A DNA stretch of 63,176 nucleotides, the filler included, from Porpidia crustulata (taxonomy: Eukaryota), in assembly GCA_964255105.1 (NCBI GenBank). It is 7 parts of 7 records of this genome, joined end to end, with 100 filler letters (N's around TTAATTAATTAA, not from the genome) between each part and the next. Parts side by side here need not be neighbours in the genome. Positions count along the whole stretch, not along the records: positions 9,070 to 18,017 come from CAXUWE010001022.1; positions 18,118 to 27,065 come from CAXUWE010001023.1; 5 more parts are not named here. The stretch is one strand, 5' to 3'. The notes under the pieces are model-generated. The model did not search any database and was not told the DNA's origin. It saw nothing but the letters and a program-made list of their open reading frames with translations. Position 1 is the first letter of the stretch. Each line of letters opens with the position of its first letter. The position numbers and the translations under genes are program-made. Positions 10,760 through 22,216 of the stretch are shown in pieces.

Positions 10760-11705
10760 CTAGTTATTTGATTGGCTGTTGAGGATCCTGAGAATGGCAA
10801 GGAAGAGATTGATAATATCCAAATAGAGAGAGATTGCCGCGGCTATCTCTTCCTCGACGTGATAGTGTCGTAAGACGAGTTGGGTGTCCACCAAGATGTA
10901 TGCACTGAAAATCAATGCAGCTACTCCCCCATATATCAGTTCGACCATGCTGTTTTTAGGGAAAAAGGCCGCCATGAATCCAAATAGGATCAGTGCCCAA
11001 AGGGTTGTAAAAAGGTATGGTGCCCACGACGTAAAATCGTACTTTGTTTGGCACGCAAAGAGGGTCAAAGCAACGAATATGCCTGCTGTGAGGATGAGTG
11101 CTTCGAGGACAATCATGGATTCATAAAATGATACGATGACGGATATCGAATATGCTTCCAGCGCAGTGAAACCACTGAGGAACAGTAAGTTCGTAGGATA
11201 GGATTTCCGCTTCCAGAAAGTCAGGAGCATGAATCCGATGGCCCCGAAGAACGATATCCACATCACCCAAGCATGTGATTGGATCCAGGTCTTGTAGGAG
11301 TGGTTGAAGTATGAAATTGAGCTGACTGCCATGGTCGCAAGAATTTGCACAGTCCTGTAGAAGTTAGCTTCGTGCTTTCAGAGTCAGAGAATCCAAAATA
11401 ATGAAGAACTTACAATATTGCGTAGACCTTACGGATGAATTGCATTCGAATCGGTAAGGTGGCTTCTGCGACAGAGCCGCCGAACTGCAGAATCGTCAGC
11501 TTACTGTTCATTAATGTCTCAACAAAGGCATCAATTTACGTACCTTGAAGTCATCAGGAATGTTGTCATCTTCGCCTCTTGGTGCACCCAGTAGACCTTC
11601 GTTCGCATGCGCTTCGGCTTGGTAGGATGGGGGTGCTTGGGTGTAGCTGGGCTCCTCAAAAGAATCGCGTTGTGGTGCTGGCTGATATCTCATGTTCGCT
11701 GCCAT
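10760..11705 (-). CDS. BXI1: Bax inhibitor-1 / TMBIM family membrane protein
   Basis: 3 exons: MAANMRYQPAPQ...DDNIPDDFK|FGGSVAEATLPIRMQFIRKVYAIL|TVQILAT...LVDTQLVL...EEEIAAAISLYLDIINLFLAILRIL. Multiple TM helices. Confidence 0.93.
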
Positions 11706-12174
11706 TTCTTTGAATACTCTATGCTACGCCTTGATCTGAGATATGTTAACGTTGATGAGTTATATGAAAGAAGGATACGGAATAGGTAGACTGAGTCAAA
11801 TCTGACGTCTTGGTTCCTCCGAATACGGTTAGAGTGCTCTATAGACATGTGACTCTTTTGCCCCGTGAAACGGTGTGCACCTGGTTTGCTTAGACTTAGT
11901 TTTATTGTGTATCACAGCGCTTTCGATTTTGGCTTCTCTACTTTGTAAGATATAATCTCGTCATTCTGATACAATCCCAGGCCAGCAGATGTACCGTGCT
12001 TTCACGCTCATTAGGATCTACTGGGCGCAGGATCAAATGAAAGAACATTCAAGGGGATATCTATGACTCGCTTGAAGCAGTGAAATGAAATCTCCGTAGT
12101 CCTTCTGGTCCTTACTTGTTACCCACTACCAGCAGCAGTGCTTGAATAATTCGAATCTTTCTGAAAACACCAAA

Positions 12175-13685
12175 TTAAGCCATGTCCCCATTGGTGTCAT
12201 CCATAGCCGAGCTCTGCTCCCTGTGCATTCGCTCCATCTCCTTCAACTGGCTCTCGCGAGCCAGTAGCTCCTGCCTCTTCTCATTGATTTCACGCTGCAC
12301 CTTCACCTCAATCTCTCGGAGCTTCTCCTCTTCGCGACGGAGTTGCTCCTCCTTTAGACGGACTGACTGGGAAGCTAGGTCTTCGGGGTTCATTGAAGAG
12401 TCGCTGTTACAAAATCCATCAGCAAAGAACGTGATGAGCGAGAAGGAAGTTCGACTTACGCAGCAGCACCTCCCTCAACGCTCTTGCTCAGCTTCTCGGT
12501 TCTGTAATTTTCATACAAAAAGTCGTGGGTGATTTCCTTCAAATCTGCGAGATGACTGTGCAACAGAGCACTTCTAATTGCAAGGAAGTCTGAATGTCGC
12601 GGATTATCAATCTCTACGACGCCCCAAGGATATTGTCGCGCTCGGACTCGTCGACCTCCAATTTCCACAACCTCTTCCGACCCCACAATGGCAAACGGCA
12701 TCAGGCCTCGCAATTCGGCATTTTCTTCTACTGTATCTTCGTCGTCCTCCTCGATGTCATAAGGGAAGTTGTAGACAGGGATACGGTAGTGTTCGATATC
12801 CTCCATGACCAGCTTCTTTGATTCCGCTAGTTCCGCTGGCGTAAGGGAGTCCGCCTTGCCAATGACAGGGATGACATTTACACGAGGAGAGAGGCGCTTC
12901 ATTAGTTCAATATCGAGTTCGCGGAGACTGCAAAATAAAATCAGTCAAAGAAGGGCGCACGGAGTCGAGAGCCCAGCCCTACCCATGACCAGTCGGGGTA
13001 ATGAAGTATAGCAGAGCGTGAACCCGATTGTCTCTGAACCTAGGGTTACGCTTGATTCGCGATTCTTCGGCGAGAATATCGTCGTATTGGCGCTCGAGAT
13101 GACCAACAATCTCGGAGAAGCTACGGTATTTCGGATCAGCAAGTGACCTTACTGACAATTTTGGTCACTCAAGCTTACCTGGCCTCGTTGTCGATCTGAT
13201 CTCCAAAGCCGGGAGTGTCGACAATCGTGAGTGAGATGCGTGTGCCTTCCTCATCAAGCTCCAACTCTTTACTTCGATCAGCCGTAAGACATTTAAGTAC
13301 GCGAACTCAATTTACATACCGACTGTGATAGGCTTGATACGAACGCCTTCTTCGAGATGAGCATTGGTTGCGTCATCTGCGTCTTTACTCTGGAGAACTC
13401 GTTTCCCGCAAAGCGTATTTACAAAAGTTGTTCGCCCTAAGTAGTAAAAGTGTAGAAAAAGAATAAGTCTTTGGAACTAGTTCTCCGACAGCTATCGTAT
13501 AATTCTTACCTGTTCCCGAGGCGCCGCAAACCATCAGACAGAATTGAATGCCTTTCTTAACATTCTTCTTCCGGCGCATCTTGATCTAACGTGGGCAAAT
13601 GGTTAGTCACAGGGAAGCCTCGACCATATGCAGAGATGTTGCGGAATAGGAGCTAAACACATACGGCGTTGAGCGGAGAAGACAT
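12175..13685 (-). CDS. CDC11: Septin, Cdc11/AspA group
   Basis: Spliced MSSPLNA|IKMRRKKNVKKGIQFCLMVCGASGTG|RTTFVNTL...IVDTPGFGD...RDNRVHALLYFI...NVIPVIGKADSLT...RQYPWG...LYENYRTEKL, plus C-terminal coiled coil. GASGTGRTT P-loop typical of Cdc11. Confidence 0.93.
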
Positions 13686-14005
13686 GCCGAGTCACTGCAG
13701 GATCAGAAAGCGAGGAATGTAGAGACAATACTGCGAGGGTCAATTGTAGCAGAAAATGTGCTGCTAAAGGGGTGGTCTTGGCGGCAATGAAAGCTGGGGA
13801 GGCTGCGCTACGCTTTGAATGGACTAGGATGAAGCGACTCGCACGGGCTTCGGTCAACATCCGTCATCTGTTAACCACAGTTCACACCCGCATGTACTAT
13901 TTACCTTACGAGCTTCACAACCGCCTCATGAATTATACCTTAATCTTTCCCCTGACTGCTTACAGTCATCATAGGCGCCTTCCGCCATAGCTTCGAAGCT
14001 CAACC

Positions 14006-15435
14006 ATGAACACCAGACCAGCTATTGACGAATCTGCAGGCCCTGTATCATTATCTGTGGCGTTCAATCAAGATAGTAGTTGTTTTTCGGTCGGTCTAGA
14101 TACTGGGTTTTGTGGTACAAGAGAAATAGCCAACTATGTGAATAAGGGAGAGCTAATACGTTTGGGCAGTGTTCAATGCAGAGCCTTGCGAGCTCAAAGT
14201 TTCACGCGGTACGTTAGCTACGTTCAGTACGCATGCTTAGGTGCGGGAGTTTGACATCTAAAGAAGCTCGTTGCTGAAAATTCGTTTGAACAGACTTCAA
14301 TGCCGGTATTGGTGAAGCAGAGATGCTTGGGCGAGCCAATTACATAGCATTAGTTGGAGGAGGAAAGCAACCTAAATTTCCACAGAATAAGGTCGGTAAG
14401 CCAACACCTCGTTGTGATTTCCAGTGGTCCACATGAGCTAAGCTGCCTCTAGGTGATTATCTGGGACGACGCCAAACAACAAGCAGTCATCACACTTGAG
14501 TTCCGTTCACCAGTCAATCGAGTGAATCTATCACGGTCACGCATTGTTGTTGCACTTCAGAACAGCGTACACATGTATGCTTTTTCGTCAACGCCTGAGA
14601 AACTTTCAGTCTTCGAGACTGCGGATAATCCACTTGGTTTATGTTGCCTTGGTTCAAAGATTGTAGCATTCCCCGGGCGAACGCCAGGTCAAGTGCAGAT
14701 GGTTGAGATATCTACTGGAAATGTTAGCATTATACCCGCGCACGGCTCTCCGTTGAGGGCTATGGAATTGAGCCCCGACGGCGAGATTCTGGCGACCGCG
14801 AGTGAGTTGGTGAGTATATGGAAATAATCTTCTGACTATTATTGCGGCTAAAGGTTGCTTAGGGAACACTCATCCGAACGTTTTCGACAAGCAATTGTGC
14901 TCGTATCGGTGAACTTCGCCGAGGGGTAGATCAAGCTGTAATTTATTCTATCGCCATATCACCGAACAGCGAACTCTTGGCTGTAACATCGGATAAGTCA
15001 ACACTACACATATTTGATCTTCCTCATTTCTCGTCTACGTCGATGTCTGCGGCCTCGAGCATTAGATCTCACCGCAATTCTAATACTTCCTCTGTATTAA
15101 GGAATGGCGAAGACAGCAATAGACGGAAATGGGGTATTCTTGCTAACATACCGCTCCTCCCACGAGTCTTCTCCGATATCTACTCTTTTACGTCCGCTCA
15201 TATTGAGGTTGATGACGACCCACAGACCAGTCTAAAAGCAACGGGTAATATACCAATACCAGGCATTCCAGGTGGCAAGCCTCGAAAGGGTATTATTGGT
15301 TGGAGGAATGATTACACAATAATTGTGGTGGGGGCTGGAAGAGACGGTCGGTGGGAGAAATTTATCATTGGTGAAGGTGATGATGGAAGACGACATTGTG
15401 TGAGAAACGGTTGGAAACGGTACCTTGGTAGTTAA
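14006..15435 (+). CDS. HSV2: PROPPIN WD40 phosphoinositide-binding protein (Hsv2/Atg18 family)
   Basis: 5 exons: [14 protein letters not shown]...[25 protein letters not shown]...[31 protein letters not shown]...ELRRGVD (L/FRRG lipid-binding motif)...[11 protein letters not shown]. Confidence 0.92.
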
Positions 15436-15818
15436 CGAAGTCATGTGGAAAACTCGAAAACTAATATTTGGAAATGCAATAGTTGCACCCTAATTGCACT
15501 TATGTGACAGGTTGTGCTTCCAACTGGACGGCCCTTAGACTCCCTCAAGCCTTTATTTTGTCTTTCGATCTTTAGTTGTCAGGAAAATGGCACACCCTTC
15601 CTCTACATGTTGTCAAAATTATGTCGGCGCTTATTACAATGCGGTAGAGTTCCCCAGGGAATCCAATGTCCCGTAGCTCTGACTAGATGTCTGACCACTC
15701 AGTCATTTCGCTTTTCCGTCTGGCAGAGCTGCAGAAGCTGGTAAATCAAGCTCAAGTAGCACAATCTTGCTGAGACTGAACCAGACTTCAAAAGTTAAAG
15801 CTTGAGTTCACTTCACCT

Positions 15819-16538
15819 TCAAGGACTCCGTGATCGCTTTTGCTGCGATCTATAGTGTCTCCGACTTTCTTCATCAGATTGCGAATTGCTATGCCTGCGA
15901 GACCGATGCCTATGGGATTTGTGATGGTGCTTTTCCTTCCGGTGCCGAAGCTTTCGGGACTTCGCCTTCAAATCCGCCAATGCCTGTGCCACCTCTTCCC
16001 TTTTCTCCTGCACCAGGTATTCCTTCATTGGGTCATCTTCGTCGTGATCCCTGATAAGCGCAGCTAGTTCTTTCTCCTTCCTCAACATTGGCCTCTCCGC
16101 TTCGCTCTCCGCTACGTTGGCATATCCTTCATTATCATTCTCCTTCACATCACGACCGGCAAATACGGCGGTTCTTGCTTCTTCTTCGTCATCATCCTTT
16201 CGTTTATATCTCGTATGATCGACCTTCAGAGTCCTACCTAGAATTGTGGCTCCACCAAGGTTGTCAACAGCCAGATCCGTACTCCTCTGGTCCTCATACT
16301 TTAAGAAAGCGAATCCTTTCGATTTGCCAGTTTCCTTATCCCGCACAAGATTCATGTAGACAGGTTCGCCGTACTGAGAGAAGATAGTCATGATGTCACC
16401 CTCTGATAAATCAAAGGGAAGACCACCAATATACACGTATGCTGTGTCATCAAAATCGCGGTGCCAGGAGCCTCCTATGGAAACATTGTTCTCGAGTTCG
16501 CGCTTATTAAGAGATTGTATTTCACGAATTGTGTTCAT
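15819..16538 (-). CDS. IST3: RES-complex / U2 snRNP RRM protein Ist3/Snu17 (RBMX2, cwf29)
   Basis: MNTIREIQSLNKRELE...SWH...DTAYVYIGGLPFDLSEGDIMTIFSQYGE...KSKGFAFLKYEDQRSTDLAVDNL, followed by an R/S/H-rich tail. Confidence 0.93.
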   Translation of the reverse strand: MNTIREIQSLNKRELENNVSIGGSWHRDFDDTAYVYIGGLPFDLSEGDIMTIFSQYGEPVYMNLVRDKETGKSKGFAFLKYEDQRSTDLAVDNLGGATILGRTLKVDHTRYKRKDDDEEEARTAVFAGRDVKENDNEGYANVAESEAERPMLRKEKELAALIRDHDEDDPMKEYLVQEKREEVAQALADLKAKSRKLRHRKEKHHHKSHRHRSRRHSNSQSDEESRRHYRSQQKRSRSP

Positions 16539-16977
16539 CCTCGCAAACGAGCTCCTACAGTCCACGAGAATATACGTAAAGAGACTGTAGACTAATATGC
16601 ACGACCAGCTTATCTCAGAGACGCGAAATAAGAAAGTTGTCCGTTGCGTATCGCATTAATTAGAGAAGATCAAGAACATGTTCGTAACTTCGGCCAAACA
16701 ACTTTCGGAATCGTTTATGCTGCCCTGCAGGGCTAGGTAGCTAGTATCTCGAGCTCATTCAGTGACTGTTGCTTTGTATGAATGGAATACTACTTTGGTC
16801 AGGAATCGTCATAGTCGTTGGGATAGTTGAAATAATCAACAGGCCGGAGTTGAGAGCTAAAAGCTTGGACCACATTTCAGGGCTGGCGGTGTCTACAACT
16901 GAAATACATAACAAGCGTAGCTTCGAGGTAGTCGCATTTGCTTTACGCATTTCCATTGCATCCATACTTTATGCGCA

Positions 16978-18017
16978 ATGAATCGAAGATTTAATAATAA
17001 GGTGAGTGCACCGACGGTTAGCAATGGCGACCGCCCGCAGAGCAATGGGGTGGCAGAGCAGAACATGTGGTCGTCCATGTTGGAAAGCGTTGCTAGTGGA
17101 AAAAAGCTGCCAGAGAAAACCATCATAGTTTTGGGCTTGTTAATCTCAACATCCAAGACTGCGTTCATACTAATACATTGCAGGGGGAAATCCGGAAGTC
17201 CAGAAAGAATTCCTCCAAACACTAGCATCAGATGCCTCAAAGCAGCCGCAAGAGAGACATAAGAGGAGGCCGCCAATAGCTAATCGATTTGCGCTGGGAT
17301 ATACATATCAGGACGTGCTGGACGCGGACCACGAAGGTACAAGATCACGACACCTTGCGAGGCCATGGAAATAAGACTGAGAACCGATAGATATCCTAGC
17401 TCGTCTTTCGCTGTATCTCCTCTCAGAGCCTTTGCCATCATTTGGCCCCTTGCTAAAGCCATTGCTAAACCAACGTACAGTACCAGAAACGCTTCTGGTA
17501 ATACTGTTAGATTGGGCTGAGCCCTGGTTATGGGTTCGCCAGCTACGGGACTGGGTTAGATTTCTTCGAAGAATCATCTCGTCGTTAGACAATGAGACCG
17601 CAGATACGATGGAAAAGTCTATGAAAGAATGGCAGCACAGGAGACAAGGTGGTCCGGCATACGACTCTAGCGGGAATGCTAACGAGGGAAACATCATGAT
17701 ACCACTAAGTCAAGGGGAGTGGGATGAAGCTTTGGGACTTCCTTTATGCGTAGTCTGTCATAGCGTACGTGGTTCTGACCATGAATGACGAACGAGGAAG
17801 TTTTAGGTTTTAAAGGCTAAGCTGACTTTTCGAAACGTAGGCAGATAAGATTGAAGCGCTGGAGAAAGAGCATTCATGGCGGGAAGAAGAGTTCGATTTT
17901 GTGCTACAATTTCTCCGAACAATTCTTATGAAACGTGAGTCGTATCTTGCCTTTGATTTCCAGTTCCTGCTAAACATAAACTATAGATGGTGCATCTCTA
18001 ATCTACACGTCCATCTC
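16978..18017 (+). CDS. dli1: Cytoplasmic dynein light intermediate chain, 3' truncated
   Basis: MWSSMLESVASGKKLPEKTIIVLG|GNPEVQKEFL...NRFALGYTYQDVLDADHE|DILARLSLY...VILLDWAEPW...GEWDEALGLPLCVVC|ADKIEALEKE...EEFDFVLQFLRTILMK|HGASLIYTS. Confidence 0.9.
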
Positions 18018-18117
18018 NNNNNNNNNNNNNNNNNNNNNNNNNNNNNNNNNNNNNNNNNNNNTTAATTAATTAANNNNNNNNNNNNNNNNNNNNNNNNNNN
18101 NNNNNNNNNNNNNNNNN
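18018..18117. other. Artificial contig linker
   Basis: N44-TTAATTAATTAA-N44. Confidence 0.99.
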
Positions 18118-18698
18118 CCCCACACCACCCACATCACTCATACACTCATTCTCCCCTCTCTCCATCTCTTTCTACACCTCGCACACATAATCCACATCCA
18201 TCCATCCATTTCCCCACATCCCTCACTCTCCTCACTCTCCTCACAATTACACTACCCGCACACCCCTGCAAACAATGATACCACATCTCAGACTCTAAAA
18301 AAAACCGAGTTCCCAAAACCAACGACTTTCAGACCTCACGCATTCATCCGTGATCGCGCTTATATATCCTTCTCGGAGCCTTGAGCGGTGCACATAAAAA
18401 ATAATCTTTGAACGTAAATTTGCTGTACACTACCCTTTCCCCCTTCTAGGCTCCTGCAAAGTCCACGCGCGCCCCGTGACGCCCGTGTTTCACGGCTAGG
18501 ACTGGTACGCTGCATCTATATAAGCAAGAAACGCTATACCCAAAAACCATAAAGTCCCAAAGTGTCAAGAGTAGGTACGCCCCGAGAACACCCCTCAAGC
18601 GCCGCCAACGCTAAACCCGGCAAAGAACCCACCCAAAACGCCATGGACGGAGCCAACCGTATCCGACCCCGAAAGAATGAACGATACGCAGCGGACTT

Positions 18699-21291
18699 TC
18701 ATCCAAGCAGAACTGCACAACGGTCAACTTCGAGCCCTGGCGAAACCAAAAGCGTTCACAAAACTCACCTTCCCACTTCCAATCCTTCATGACCCCCAAC
18801 CAATGCAGGCGGCCCCGGACCGTCTTCTTAAAGTCCATTTCCTGCACCAACTGCACTGACGATTTTCGCATCGGCTCCATCCTCACTGATCCTAGATCCA
18901 TGCCCACGAAATCCTGGGTCGTGGTTCTGCGCTTTACGCCCCCGAGACCTTCCGGCCAGTCAAAGGGGGAAGGCACCAGACAGTCGTCCTCACTCTTGAA
19001 CTTCCGCTTCATACGCTCGTGGGTGGGTGAAGTGAAGCCATTGGGCATGGTTTGGGACCCGGCTCGCCGGTGTCGTTGTCTCCGTTTATCAGCTTCGTGG
19101 GCATCGCGACGGTCCCAGACTTCCTTGATGACTTCCCAACACCGGTCGAGGTTGCCGATGAGCATGCGTTGCATCATCGCCGCCCATCGGTTCTCGACCC
19201 ATTTACGATCTTCGGGGGTGGAGACCTCGCAGCCGGCAGCTAGGAGGGGGTAAATCTGGACGATGGTGGCTCGGGAACTGAGCGGAACGGTGGCGAGGAA
19301 CCTGAGGACCTCTTGAGCCATTTCTGCTGCGCTTTGGGAAGGGATTTCCGGGACGGCTTGATGGAGGTATAGGAGTGTCGCCCATCGGTATGCTTCTGCG
19401 GTTTGCATGCTATGTCTAATTTCCGATGTTGGATCTTCAGGAGGTTCGAATCCGAGCGGGAGTTGCCAGTTTTCGATTGCGGCTTTGAGATCACTCGCTT
19501 GTGAGATGATGTTTATGGAATTCCTCGAGCTCTTCCGGACTCGACGTACTAGGTTTGCAACGCGACCAATGATGGGAAACAACGTGCTTGCACATCCTAG
19601 AAGAGGGTCGACTTCATTGGTTTGGAAAGGACCACACGGTAGAGCATGGACGGCGTCAAAAACTTCGGATTCGTCGTCATCAACAGAGGTCAACCGGGAG
19701 ATAACGTCCATGTATACAAAAATGTTACAGAGAAACTTGAGTCGTGCGAATTCTTCAGATTTAAGTGGATTTCGGCTGTGCTTTGTTAACGCTTGATTCA
19801 CTAGGATCTTGGCACCACGAAGGTGTTCTATGCCAGTTGATATATGCTGATCCCACGATTCCGAAAACGCAAGGACGAGGGTTGTTGCCAACGCAGTGTC
19901 TTCCCGCATGTGTTCAATTCCATTGGCCAAATACCGAACACTTCTTCTCATGTGTTCCATTCCTTCAACCCGCAACCCAGGGTTTTCTTTCGACGTATGA
20001 AACGCAGTCATGGAACTAATGGCGTGATAGAGCGCGGGGGAATCTCGCGCCAATGGCCAAATCATCGTTCGCCAAGGATTTTCGTTTAGGCCGTCCTTTA
20101 CGGATAAGATCCCGCAAGTCTGCTGATTGAAGCGCATCATGAGCATCTCCGGACTACCAGGGGACATTCGAGGCTGTTGATACCAGAGCGAAGTGTTGTC
20201 AAAGCGCGATTCTTCAGAGGACGATGACGAACTCGATGCCGTAGGCGACGGTAAACGAATAACCCATGCTTCAGCTGGATCTGGTTGCCGTACAACCTCT
20301 TCAACATCTTCGTCGTCTAGCATACCCGCTTGCACTTGAGGATATCCCCCGGGTTGATACGGGTTACTTGACTGTTGCGGTTGGTAATCTAGGAAGTCTG
20401 GTGATGGGGCGTTGAGATCCGTACCAGGTAGGAGGAGATCGATCAATCGAGGTGATTGACCAGAGGTAAGACTTGACGCGGTCGTAATCGACGAGTGAAA
20501 GATACTCCCGTCTTCGAAGCCTGAGTTGACAGTGCTTGGCGTTGAGATGGGTTGTTGAGGATTATCTGGAAACGTTGCCTCTCGTCGAACATTGTAGGGG
20601 TATTGAGAGGGATCGATGTTGTATTGATTTGGTCCATTGGGGAAAGGCTGCTGTCGAAGCCCAAAGTCTGGGGATACTAGGGGTTGTAGAGGAAAGGAGT
20701 AGGTGGATTGAGAGTATGCAATCGCAGTGCTAGTCGTAGAGCCAGATGCATCTGAAGTTGTTGGACTTGCTGGACTTGGCCTTGGAGGCTTGGAGATCAC
20801 GGAGTCTGCAGATCAGTTCCAGTTAACTGATCATACTATAACATTTATCAGGCATACCCTTCCTTATCTTTGGGGAAGTTGGCTTCCCTATGAAGTTTGT
20901 TTCCTCGAATGAGCGCCATTTGAAATCTTTCTTGTACCCCCCACAGTCCACGCCCCTCTTATTACAATGATTACAGAGAGGCTTTGTCTCGTCACATTTG
21001 AGCCGCTTAGCTTTGCAAGTCACACAGCCTGAAGCAAGTCAGCCTGGAAGTCCACGGGCGGTGGGAGGCTTAAGATAAGAAGGCATAGCTTCTGGTGTAC
21101 ATACCATTGCGGCTTTTGGATTGCTTGGGCTTCACAGACCCATCAGGGAGGAGCTTGGTCTCCGACTTCGGCTTTGTTGCTGCGGATTGACGCTTCGTCG
21201 CGCTTTTGGTGGACCGTCTTGGCGATTTCGGCGATTTCAGGCTGTGAGGTTCTAAAAAGGCTGTAGGCGAGGGAGCACTAATTGCTGCCAT
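18699..21291 (-). CDS. Zn(II)2Cys6 transcription factor with Fungal_trans_2 (DUF3468) domain, ACR-2-like
   Basis: KPKQSKSRNG|CVTCKAKRLKCDETKPLCNHCNKRGVDCGGY Zn cluster. Later ENPWR...SPALYHAI...HLRGA...DPLLGCA...AEAYRWATLLYL...YPLLAAGCE. Final short exon gives KDWKWE|VLLG*. Confidence 0.88.
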
Positions 21292-22216
21292 GAAGACATA
21301 GGAATGGAGTAGTCAATTGATGTCGGATGGCACTTGTGTTGTTGTTGTTCGTTGTTTGCGCGCTGAGTTGTAAGAGAGGTGTTTGGCAATTAATTGGCTG
21401 ATTGGCTTTCTCTTGTCATGGGTAGGTAACTCAAAACCCCGGAAAGCTACTTATCATTATCACCATATCTCTATCTCCCATCAAGTCGTAGACATCCAGG
21501 TATCATATTTTCCATCTGACTTACAGCCACCAAATGATCTAATGTCTGGTTCCTTCCAAGTCGTGTCTGAACCCCAGAGATCTGATCAATCATCCCAATC
21601 TCGTGCCTACTGTTTCCTGTGCCTTCCCGCCCCTCAGTGATTGCCCCGCAGTCATCCAATGGGCTGACCTCAAGCGGGAAATTACTTGGTTGCTACTCCC
21701 TGTCTAGTCAATCGTTGATCGATACAGCGACAAGACAGAGGGTGCAGAGTTGGGTAGATGCAGCGATTGATGTGTATGGGTGGCTGCTGGCTATCGCTCG
21801 CTTTGTAAGGGTCACGAGGAAGTTCTGGACCAGGCGCGATGTATAAGTGGCGATCCGCGGATGCTTGCTTTCCCATGGTCAGGTAGCTTTGTGTCGATAT
21901 ATATAAAAGTACTTGGATTTTTAAGGTGGGGGATGCTGCCCTCGAGACTCGGCACCAAGTATTTGAATGAAAAAGGTTGGAGCTTTAGATGCTCGAGCCA
22001 TATCCCAACCAGATTGGTCATTCCAGTCCGCCTGTCTATTCCCATTTCAATGCAGATCAAGCGTCCAGATATATCATACAGCCCCTTGATCATCCCAGAA
22101 TCTATGCTACATTGAGAACCCCATGTTGACCGACCCCATCGTACAATCCTGTGGCACCCAAGCAATACGCCGACCTTTTCCCCTGATATCCTCATTTACA
22201 AGACTCCTGTTGAAAC

